DNA of 64,000 bases from Chrysomallon squamiferum (Eukaryota > Animalia > Mollusca), in contig CM022670.1 of NCBI GenBank assembly GCA_012295275.1, forward strand, positions 12,958,001 through 13,022,000, in the 5' to 3' direction. Both the position numbers and the translations under genes were made by a program. The notes below the pieces were generated by a model. It worked only from the letters and a program-made list of their open reading frames with translations, was not told where the DNA came from and made no database searches. This document shows positions 25,479-32,917 of the stretch, piece after piece (position 1 is the first letter of the stretch; every line of letters begins with the position of its first letter).

Positions 25479-26567
25479 CTTTTTTCTTGGTTTATAATTG
25501 TTGGAATAGGAAAAGATTGGTGAACTGAAAATTGTATTAGTAATATGAAGTTAAAATGTATTTGTTGGGGGGTTTGGGAGTGTTTCTTTCTTTCTTTTTT
25601 TAATAAATTGTTCATTTAAAGATTTGTAATGGTACCATGGAAATATTCTGCTTTTTAAATTATTTCTTGATTTTTATGAATTTTTTTGGTTTTGATTTTG
25701 TTTGGTTATGGATTTTTTACTTAAATTTGTTAAAACTTTTTTTCCCCCATTTAATAATAACTATAATCAAATTTGTGACAAAATGATTTATTTATTTATT
25801 TGTTATGAATATCCTTAAATTAATTATGAATATCATACATGTTAATCAGTGAAAAAAAATGTGTGGTTTTCAACAAGGAATTATTTCATAAATTTAATTA
25901 AAATAAAATTATTTTCTAGCCTTTATTTTTATTATTATTTGTTTGTTTTGTTTTTTTTGTTGTTGTTTTTTTTAAGTGATGCCACATTAACATATAAATC
26001 ATATTTTTGGGTTATCAAATAAAGTATTATAAAGACAACCTCTTTCCAAAATAACTAACAATATTACACGTGTTTACATCTACAGATAAGGGAGAAAACC
26101 CAGTATTCATCTCCATGGCGACAGAGAGTTAAAACAAGCCCTGATGGAGAAGTGCAACAAATATTAACACCAGAACCAAAAGGATACCGCATGAGTAGCA
26201 TTCGCAGTCCTGGCAATCTTTATAGTCCTGGTGAGAGCACATTCTGTATACAGTTAGCAAATCTGTTTGTTGTGTCAGTAGTTTGTTTGTTTTAATTTTG
26301 TTTGTTGCTGTTGTTTTTAGTAAATAAATATATGTAATTTTCCCATTTTTTTGTTTCATTTCATTCATAATTAATATTTTATGTATATTTTTATGATTTT
26401 AATGTTTTTTATTAATTTACTATTTTATTTTATTTTGTTTTGAATATTTATATATTTACTGTTTATTTAATTTTACTTGTTATTTTAAAATTTTTATTAA
26501 TTTTTTTATTTTATTTTATTTATTTATTTATTTATTTAGTTTAGTTTAGTTATTTAGTTTAGTTTAG

Positions 26568-26634
<67 letters not shown>

Positions 26635-26703
26635 TTTCTATTTTTATTTACTTATTTATATATTTATATATTAATTTATTTATATATTAATTTATTTATT
26701 AAT

Positions 26704-26734
<31 letters not shown>

Positions 26735-26961
26735 TTTTCTTTCTCGCAGCAAGTAGAAGTTCAAGCAGAGCCAGCACGACAGGAGGAGGGAGTCGACCTG
26801 CAAGTCGGACGGGGAGTGACGCTGGGTCAGAAACAAGCGAGTCAGAGGTTTTCTCTCTCCACACCCCAGACAGGCGTAACAGTGGGAGCAGAGTGAACAC
26901 ACCCACTTCAGCTTCCAAAAGTGGATCAAAGATCCCAAGAATTACACCAAAAAAGAAATAA
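307..26961 (+). CDS. MACF1: Spectraplakin (MACF1/dystonin/Short stop family), 3' portion, 41 coding exons; 5' end lies upstream of the window
   Basis: Spliced translation gives serial spectrin repeats (W-L/W-x helix motifs), EF-hand loops [12 protein letters not shown] and [12 protein letters not shown], the GAR signature [52 protein letters not shown], a GSR-like tail and SKIP. All junctions are GT-AG with consistent phases, except one frameshift near 17193. MACF1 versus DST cannot be distinguished; invertebrates have one gene. Confidence 0.96.
876..1091 (+). CDS. MACF1: Spectraplakin exon w2
   Basis: ttcag|..ttccag|gtatat; [19 protein letters not shown]...VVEEFQ. Confidence 0.9.
1410..1523 (+). 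CDS. MACF1: Spectraplakin exon w3
   Basis: tgcag|..cag|gtaaaa; [26 protein letters not shown]...EIQ. Confidence 0.9.
1783..1896 (+). CDS. MACF1: Spectraplakin exon w4
   Basis: tttcag|..cag|gtaaaa; [13 protein letters not shown]...KLQSQ. Confidence 0.9.
2092..2304 (+). CDS. MACF1: Spectraplakin exon w5
   Basis: tttcag|..aag|gtgggt; [11 protein letters not shown]...QEQAVLK. Confidence 0.9.
2483..2644 (+). CDS. MACF1: Spectraplakin exon w6
   Basis: atcag|..aag|gtttgt; [11 protein letters not shown]...DKWSELAQK. Confidence 0.9.
2962..3132 (+). CDS. MACF1: Spectraplakin exon w7
   Basis: ttccag|..aaa|gtaagt; [57 protein letters not shown]. Confidence 0.93.
3509..3835 (+). CDS. MACF1: Spectraplakin exon w8 (327 nt)
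   Basis: tgcag|..aag|gtttgt; [13 protein letters not shown]...KLVKDLK. Confidence 0.93.
4064..4148 (+). CDS. MACF1: Spectraplakin exon w9
   Basis: tgcag|..aag|gtaaaa (phase 1); [13 protein letters not shown]...DYCK. Confidence 0.9.
4529..4752 (+). CDS. MACF1: Spectraplakin exon w10
   Basis: tttcag|..cag|gtgtgt; [10 protein letters not shown]...[11 protein letters not shown]...EEHVQ. Confidence 0.92.
5181..5387 (+). CDS. MACF1: Spectraplakin exon w11
   Basis: cacag|..gag|gtaaaa; [13 protein letters not shown]...SRQKSTE. Confidence 0.92.
5568..5687 (+). CDS. MACF1: Spectraplakin exon w12
   Basis: tttag|..aag|gtagaa; [12 protein letters not shown]...LAQQK. Confidence 0.92.
5962..6288 (+). 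CDS. MACF1: Spectraplakin exon w13 (327 nt)
   Basis: aatag|..aag|gttagt; [12 protein letters not shown]...[11 protein letters not shown]...QQELIK. Confidence 0.93.
6647..6853 (+). CDS. MACF1: Spectraplakin exon w14
   Basis: ttcag|..gat|gtgaga; [20 protein letters not shown]...LQQSAD. Confidence 0.92.
7211..7330 (+). CDS. MACF1: Spectraplakin exon w15
   Basis: tacag|..aag|gtatgt; [12 protein letters not shown]...[18 protein letters not shown]. Confidence 0.92.
7924..8032 (+). CDS. MACF1: Spectraplakin exon w16
   Basis: tatag|..aag|gtaaaa (phase 1); [16 protein letters not shown]...EAVK. Confidence 0.9.
8371..8597 (+). CDS. MACF1: Spectraplakin exon w17
   Basis: cttag|..gag|gtaagt; DVKQKLEEL...SEKFWDDL...[18 protein letters not shown]. 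Confidence 0.92.
8930..9154 (+). CDS. MACF1: Spectraplakin exon w18
   Basis: tttcag|..atg|gtaatt; [10 protein letters not shown]...[15 protein letters not shown]...FRDQLM. Confidence 0.92.
9397..9498 (+). CDS. MACF1: Spectraplakin exon w19
   Basis: tgcag|..aaa|gtaagt; [34 protein letters not shown]. Confidence 0.92.
9762..9932 (+). CDS. MACF1: Spectraplakin exon w20
   Basis: tttag|..cag|gtaact; [20 protein letters not shown]...[13 protein letters not shown]. Confidence 0.92.
10068..10223 (+). CDS. MACF1: Spectraplakin exon w21
   Basis: ttttag|..aag|gtaaat; [12 protein letters not shown]...[14 protein letters not shown]. Confidence 0.92.
10609..10806 (+). CDS. MACF1: Spectraplakin exon w22
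   Basis: ctgcag|..gag|gtaaaa; [13 protein letters not shown]...LEGALQE (A-rich acceptor). Confidence 0.88.
11002..11130 (+). CDS. MACF1: Spectraplakin exon w23
   Basis: catag|..atg|gtatgt; AQDFSNEL...[19 protein letters not shown]. Confidence 0.93.
11689..11859 (+). CDS. MACF1: Spectraplakin exon w24
   Basis: tacag|..aag|gtatca; DVYADLENL...[13 protein letters not shown]. Confidence 0.92.
12254..12409 (+). CDS. MACF1: Spectraplakin exon w25
   Basis: aacag|..cgg|gtaagt; [13 protein letters not shown]...WLTDTEKTL...IDDHR. Confidence 0.92.
13014..13340 (+). CDS. MACF1: Spectraplakin exon w26 (327 nt)
   Basis: aacag|..aag|gttggt; ...[37 protein letters not shown]...IAKHK. Confidence 0.95.
13677..13843 (+). 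CDS. MACF1: Spectraplakin exon w27
   Basis: tacag|..cag|gttagt (phase 2); [11 protein letters not shown]...[12 protein letters not shown]. Confidence 0.94.
14153..14312 (+). CDS. MACF1: Spectraplakin exon w28
   Basis: cacag|..aag|gtagaa; [14 protein letters not shown]...[10 protein letters not shown]...DAHK. Confidence 0.95.
14637..14831 (+). CDS. MACF1: Spectraplakin exon w29
   Basis: taaaag|..ctg|gtaaat; [10 protein letters not shown]...[10 protein letters not shown]. Confidence 0.92.
15197..15325 (+). CDS. MACF1: Spectraplakin exon w30
   Basis: tttcag|..aag|gtcatt; [19 protein letters not shown]...IEEHK. Confidence 0.92.
15591..15734 (+). CDS. MACF1: Spectraplakin exon w31
   Basis: aacag|..gag|gtaatc; KFEESLL...[22 protein letters not shown]. 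Confidence 0.93.
16099..16287 (+). CDS. MACF1: Spectraplakin exon w32
   Basis: tttcag|..cag|gtaaca; LTGMCKHR...LLEELLAWL...EPIPQD...INDHQ. Confidence 0.93.
16632..16777 (+). CDS. MACF1: Spectraplakin exon w33 (last spectrin repeat plus start of low-complexity loop containing SHIP)
   Basis: catag|..cag|gtcagt (phase 2); [18 protein letters not shown]...[17 protein letters not shown]. Confidence 0.9.
17056..17394 (+). CDS. MACF1: Spectraplakin exon w34 (MSGRxTPD repeats; apparent 1-nt deletion near 17193)
   Basis: tttcag|..gag|gtatgt; 3' part [34 protein letters not shown] is the typical pre-EF-hand helix. Confidence 0.85.
17108..17280 (+). repeat. Coding 24-bp tandem repeat encoding DMSGR[RH]TP, about 7 degenerate units
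   Basis: ATGs at 17111, 17135, 17159, 17183 and 17206; further DYSGRRTP and DHSAGHRTP units. Confidence 0.95.
17561..17723 (+). CDS. MACF1: Spectraplakin exon w35 (EF-hand 1)
   Basis: tgcag|..cca|gtaagt; [47 protein letters not shown]. Confidence 0.95.
18074..18186 (+). CDS. MACF1: Spectraplakin exon w36 (EF-hand 2)
   Basis: tttcag|..gag|gttaga; [34 protein letters not shown]. Confidence 0.95.
18320..18739 (+). repeat. Intronic 56-bp minisatellite, about 7.5 copies
   Basis: Unit aatagtgttgtgttataatgttctgttctagcaggaatactacttagatggtctaa, near-identical copies. Confidence 0.95.
18754..18870 (+). CDS. MACF1: Spectraplakin exon w37 (GAR domain, first part)
   Basis: ttccag|..agg|gtatgt; [34 protein letters not shown]. 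Confidence 0.95.
19191..19308 (+). CDS. MACF1: Spectraplakin exon w38 (GAR domain, second part)
   Basis: tttcag|..gag|gtaagc (phase 1); [39 protein letters not shown]. Confidence 0.97.
20562..20570 (+). CDS. Candidate 9-nt phase 1-1 microexon (adds VVT after the GAR domain)
   Basis: Strong pyrimidine tract ending ttactctgcag|tggtaactg|gtaaac; frame-preserving. Confidence 0.35.
22129..22191 (+). CDS. Putative cassette exon A after the GAR domain ([21 protein letters not shown])
   Basis: Long pyrimidine tract ending ctccaaag|, 63 nt, |gtaggt; symmetric phase 1-1, no stop, GC-rich island in an AT-rich intron. Confidence 0.7.
22348..22407 (+). CDS. Putative cassette exon B after the GAR domain ([V/F][19 protein letters not shown])
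   Basis: gattcag|, 60 nt, |gtatgt; symmetric phase 1-1, no stop, TGCATG 17 nt downstream. Confidence 0.65.
24564..24745 (+). CDS. MACF1: Spectraplakin exon w39 (post-GAR; possible alternative donor at 24776)
   Basis: ttttag|..aag|gtaggt; [26 protein letters not shown]...SGPITK. Confidence 0.95.
25119..25127 (+). CDS. Candidate 9-nt phase 0-0 microexon (SPQ); a 45-nt version ending at 25163 is also in frame
   Basis: ttgcctctgtgttctttcag|tcaccacag|gtttgt; TGC inside the pyrimidine tract. Confidence 0.45.
26086..26230 (+). CDS. MACF1: Spectraplakin exon w40
   Basis: tacag|..ctg|gtgaga (phase 1); [14 protein letters not shown]...NLYSP, continuing GPITK-IREK as I recall from Shot-type tails. 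Confidence 0.88.
26500..26736. repeat. (TTTA)n/(TTTAG)n simple repeat in the last intron
   Basis: Directly visible. Confidence 0.9.
26750..26961 (+). CDS. MACF1: Spectraplakin terminal coding exon w41 (GSR-like tail, SKIP, stop)
   Basis: tcgcag|; [26 protein letters not shown]...[16 protein letters not shown]. Confidence 0.93.
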
Positions 26962-29360
26962 AAAAATGTTTTTTCGATGAATGTCAAACTCAAAATGACT
27001 GGAATGAACAACTTACAAAATTACAAGCAAGTTGGAGACAAAAAAAAAAAAAAATGCTTACAAGAGAAAAGAATTAAAAACAATTTGAATATAGTTTTGT
27101 TAATGTCTCAGTAATATTTTAAATGTCATGGAGAAAGAAAAATGAAATGAAGAACATGTTTTACCCCATTATTTACTTATAAAATAGTGCCAGGCTTTTG
27201 AACTGGGCTAGTCTATTGTCTTAATTAGGGGGACAATGAATAACAATTTGTCTTTCAAGATGCTAAGCACTGTGAATATTTTGTACATGTTGCTTGTTTT
27301 GTCATTGACTGAATGATTTTTGTTGCTGACATCATCAGTGATGTCTGTGAAAACTAATCATGCAACCAGGAATCTCATATTTTTTTATGTTCTGTGTTGA
27401 TTTGCTGATTCTTTTCAAGATGTAGTGAAATTTTCCACATTCAGATCTACATTGTTTTTATTTTTGTTTGTTTTCGTTTGTTACTTAGAAACTAGATGGT
27501 AATGTTTTATTATGTTTGAAGGATTTTGTTTGGAAGACACTTGTATACCAGACATTCCTAATTTAAGAATATTTTCCTTTTTCTTAAGTTTTTTTTTTTG
27601 TTTTAAAAAAAGTAATTTATAAAGTTATGTTAATGCTTATGTTGTATGTTTAATGTTTTGTTTACACCGTTTGTTTAATTTTTCTTTGTTTAGTTTTAAT
27701 GTCTATGTTTCTCTTTTCTTTCCATTTTCTTTTTCTTGTTTTATTTTTTTTTTAGTGGGATCTGTCATGATTGTATGTTTTTAATAGATTATGTAAATTA
27801 TGGAAGTAATATTAGAACAGTATATTTTGATCTATTCGGTATAATGTAATAAAAACACTCAAATTCTTATTTTTGAATATCTACCTTTTTTTTATTTTTT
27901 TTTTTTTTTTTTTTTTTTTGCATGTTAATGATTTTGTTTTTCTGGGGATTTATTTTATTTTATTTTTTACTACATAAATATTTTGGCTATGCAGATGTAG
28001 GTTGTTGTTTTTTATATAGAAGGCATAAGCAGTGCTAGATATCATACATCTAGATTATAAAATTTAAACTATATTTCATTTTTATTATTGTAGCTTTCTG
28101 TCTATTGCATGTGTTCGCTATTTAATGGCAAATAATGTACAGGCTGGGGTGAATTGTGTTTGGTAATTTTTGTATTAAGCTGTGGCAACTGCACACACTA
28201 TGTCTCATTTAATTTATACATTGTACAATTTGTATTAGTATATTTATAATTATTTAATATTCATTAGACTGCCTACGTACACGGTTAGGGGTGTCTGCGT
28301 GTGTAAGTGATACGTGTATAGTATAAATAATTAGTGTATATATTTATATAAATATATATAAATAAAAAGATATATATATATATCTATATATATAAAGCGA
28401 TAAACGTTTTCGTACCAATTTGACAAATATGGATGGCTAGAATTTTCGTATATTGGTTGACAATAATTTAAAAAGAACAATGTTGCTGCTCTATCTTCCA
28501 TCTCTATTGCTAAGCAGTATATGAAATTCAGACATCTATGTTTTGGTTCATTCCATATACATAGTGTGAATGTAGCGTGATTTTGATAGCAGCTTAGTCA
28601 GAGAATGACAGCTTTTGTGTGGCTTTTTGTACTTTTGTGTGTTTTCATGTTGTAAAACTTCTTAGGTTGTGTTATTCAGTGTCCATTAGTTTGCCTGTTT
28701 GTTATGTTGTTTTTTTATTACTATTATTATTTTTTGTCCACTTTGACTTAAAGAACTCTTCCTTCAGTAATATTATTTCAAATAATCATGACTTGTTTAT
28801 CTGCTATTATCAAAGATTATATTTACTAAAATTATATATATGAAAAATAGTCTTGTCATTATTAAAATATAAAGCTGTTTTTCTTTTTTTTTTCTGTTAA
28901 ATTTACAGAGTATTTTCATATCATTTGATTTATGATTATCATTAATTATGCAGGAAAGAAAAAATTTAAATATTGATATACCGTGCTTAACATGCCACTG
29001 TGCATTCACTTTTTTGTCAAAGGGCTTTCACTGCTACTGACAGCGGTTGTCTCCCTTGCCTTAAATTATATAATTATATTTTTGTGTGTGTGTGCGACTG
29101 GTTTTCTCCGCGGTTACGTGATACCAGACATCTTTCGAGGAGAGAACCAATCACTCCATGACATGTCACTTTGCTAATTTATAACAGATTATATAATAAT
29201 ATATTATTGTATTACGTAACTTTAAAAAGCCCATTATTACTGTACTGGCTATATTTTTTTCTGCATAATAATTTTGTAGGTTTGGGAGATATACTTGCCA
29301 AATATAAGATTATCACGCTAACAGTAACAGAATAAATAAAACATGTATGAATCTCTGTGG
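26962..29360 (+). other. Putative ~2.4 kb 3' UTR of the spectraplakin gene
   Basis: U-rich, no long ORF; ends at overlapping AATAAA signals followed by a GU-rich element. Confidence 0.6.
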
Positions 29361-29375
29361 TTTGTGTTTTCCTTC
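29331..29375 (+). terminator. Distal polyadenylation signal (AATAAATAAA) with downstream GU/U-rich element
   Basis: aataaataaaacatgtatgaatctc-tgtggtttgtgttttcc; sequence composition changes shortly after. Confidence 0.6.
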
Positions 29376-30168
29376 ACAGTTCAAAAATAATTCGTGTGAT
29401 ACCTAGTTGAATGAATGTGCTGGTCTACAGAGTATTGATACCCAAGACAGACGTGTACGAACCCGCAGTTGATACAAGTACGTGTTATTTGTTTGACAAT
29501 GCAGCCCTGTCGGCACCATCATAGTTGTGGGAGCATAATCGAGTCTCGCTTTGGCATAATTGGTTCGATCATTCGCAACGTGCTTAAGTCAGATTCTAAA
29601 AAAGAAAAAAAAATGTCTTAACCTTAGTCGCTGCTGTACGATTTGAATATCGTCACTGTTGAAAATCTGGCTATTACTTATTATTTACCTTAAAATGGAC
29701 GGGGAAAAAAAACAAGGTATTGTATTTCACACGGAAAAGTTAATTGTAAAATAGTACAAGTGTTGTTGAACTGATGTTTTTAATGCCTGTCCTGTCCGTT
29801 TTGATAGCTGTTTCAGAAATACTGTTCAAAATAAAGCCGCGTGCAAATAAATTAGCAGAGAAATCGCGTCAACTATTATCTTAAAACACCGGTCTGACAG
29901 GGGACATCACTCTAGCCACTGAAATACCGTGACCATCTGATTCATAAACGAACTAGTGACATTTTTATTTCAAAAATAAATAACATTATAAAATAAAAAC
30001 CATTGCAAAGAAATAGATAAATAATAGTTTAATGATGATGATAATAATAATAATAAATATTTTAAAAACTATGATTCTAAATAACATAAAAATTTTAAAG
30101 ACTGATTAAGAAATCTGGTAAAAGAAAATTAACATTTATATAATGGTTAATGATAATTATTATTCTTC

Positions 30169-30200
<32 letters not shown>

Positions 30201-31647
30201 TTTTAATAATAGTAAAAATTAGAAAAAGAAAAGAAAACAGGGAAAAGAGAAAAAATAACGATTCACGCGTCATTGTTCCTTATCTGACTAATAAAAGAAG
30301 GGGTACTCCCTATGGCTGCCGCCATATTAATTCTTGAAGATTCAATAAAAGTATCAAATGTATTGATTCGGTATCGACAGGGTCAGAAGTTCTACAAACA
30401 AAGCCTGGAAGTTTGTGGGAAAAATTACTCAAGGCCATAAAGATATTAAATGTATCGCCGTGTGAAAAAGCAGCACCCTCTGGTCAAAAACATCACAAAA
30501 CGAGAATGGTGCTTGCGTTCGGAGGGCAATTTCCCAAAGAAGGGTGAGCAAACACTAACGGTGGAAATCACATCGCCGATATTTGATATATTTTCATCAA
30601 GTTGTATTGACGTAACACTTGCAAGCAGAATGCAGATGAAAAGATAAAATATGCAATATTTCCCCGAAGCAGTTTTGCAAAAATTTCATCCGATTATGTG
30701 TTGTCAGAAAACCAGCGATGTTGTTCATAAACAGAAATTTGTTTTCATCACCCAGCTAAAAAATGATATAATGGCCCCTTGGCACAATTGCAATAAATAA
30801 AATAACACCCACTGTAGCCAGATATTTGGAATGTGTGACATCATCGAATTTCATCGGAGTTACATCAGCTTGTGTATGTCAAATTAACAGCTGCGCTCTT
30901 TCCGAAATGTTCGTTCAGAAATCCATTGTTCTTTATATATATATATGAACCAAATGTGCGTCTTCAGTTACATTTATTTGGCTTGAGTGTTCCTTTATTA
31001 GAAAATATCTTTACGGAGTATTTAAAAAATGACAGTGTTTCTTCTAACCGTAGATACAGTAATACAGTCGCGCTAGGTTTAATTTCATCAAATGTCGTCG
31101 TTTTATTACAGTTAAATGAATATGTGTTTAAAAACAATTGAACTCATTTTCATATTAAAAAATGTTTTTCAATTTTTTTTTTTTTTTTTTTGTTTTTGTT
31201 TGGTGATGATGGATTCCAAAGAAGAAACCCGCTACGATAGCGCCAAAGATTTCTTTCTTTTTTTTTTTTTTTTTTTTTTTTGTTTTGTTTCTTAATTATT
31301 TTTGAAAACAAGGAATACCGGAACAGTACATCTCAGTTTATATAATTACTGAATAGGCTCTGATTTATATCACAGTTATCTAACATTATGTTTGTAACTA
31401 TCAGTGACGAAATTAGGAGATGTTAACAAGGCCAGGATATTTCATGATGGGAACTCCACTATTCACGTCGGAATGACATCCAAGATGAAATCAGCTGTAT
31501 GTTTTTAAAGACAAATGTATCACTGGATACAAGTCATAACCTGTCGAAACTAAACCGCTTGTCCTTTATAATGGAGTAATTTTCTATATGTGCTCTTCAT
31601 AATTCAAACTTTATCTGTGTCTTCTACTTATTCTGTCTATCTATAAA

Positions 31648-31714
<67 letters not shown>

Positions 31715-31729
31715 GTGTATGTGTATATC

Positions 31730-32006
31730 TGTGTTTCGGTCTATTTTTCTCAGTATATGTGTGTGTATAATAGTTTGTCTCGATCTATGTTTAAACCATT
31801 GACAATTTATTAATTTTGCAGCATGCATGAACTAAAAGCGATATTCTCTTGTTAATCAGCCAGCAAACCTCGTGAAGAATAAAAATATTATTCCAAGCTG
31901 AACATAAACAGAATATGAGACCCTGCGGATTTTAATAATATGTTTTATAGCTCAGACAACTTAACACGAGCTTTGTGATTATGATGACGAGTCTGAAACA
32001 ACATAT
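31730..32006 (+). repeat. Dispersed direct repeat A, copy 1 (~275 bp)
   Basis: Aligns by eye with 36421-36696, e.g. gtctatttttctcagtat...tcgatctatgtttaaaccattgac...gatgacgagtctgaaacaacata. Confidence 0.9.
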
Positions 32007-32239
32007 ATGTTTTATATATATATATTATATTTTAAATTTATTTAACAAATTTCACAAAACTCATTTCAAACCCTGTAAACGTTTTCTGTTATTCCCATTT
32101 GTTATTAGTAACTAAATCGTTTCTTCGAGAAAGAAATTCATGAAGATGTCATTTTCGGTCGACATGTCAAACTGCCAAAGAGTGAGAAAAGAAAGTTTCG
32201 CCATGTGGTTACATTGACAAACAAAATACTTGTGATCGC

Positions 32240-32385
32240 ACTTCTTTGAAAGCGCTGTCGTCTGGTCCGCACGCTCGCGCACATCTGCTCGAGCTCTCGC
32301 GCTTTCTCGCCGCTGTTCCTCGCAATAAACATGCCCGCTGGTCACGTGCCTGACTAACGACTTTCCATTCAAGATGGCGTTACAT
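32240..32385. promoter_or_regulatory. CpG-rich promoter-like island with GTCACGTG E-box and CAAGATGGCG (YY1-type) motif
   Basis: Motifs at 32341 and 32370; dense CGCG; no transcript can be assigned. Confidence 0.35.
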
Positions 32386-32652
32386 TTGTTTTACAACTCT
32401 CAATGGCTGTTGGGAACTAATATTGCTATGTTATCGTTAATTTAGTGTACATTAACATCTCAATGAAAATTTCATAGGAATTTAGTCGTGATAATTGGAA
32501 CGTTGTCGAGCGACTGGCAAAAGAGACACTAGGGAATACCCATCAGTGACGTCGTTATGCGTAATAAAATTAAATTAATGACGTCTCTCTTAATTTATCG
32601 AAGTGTTTGACTTAACTGCAGTTTTTTTCTGTTTTACTTTTCTTTCTTTTTT

Positions 32653-32917
<265 letters not shown>

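Noticed and set aside
2035-26938. Minus-strand ORFs overlapping spectraplakin exons (e.g. 5955-6362, 2838-3074)
   Set aside because: Antisense shadows of coding exons with no independent protein features.
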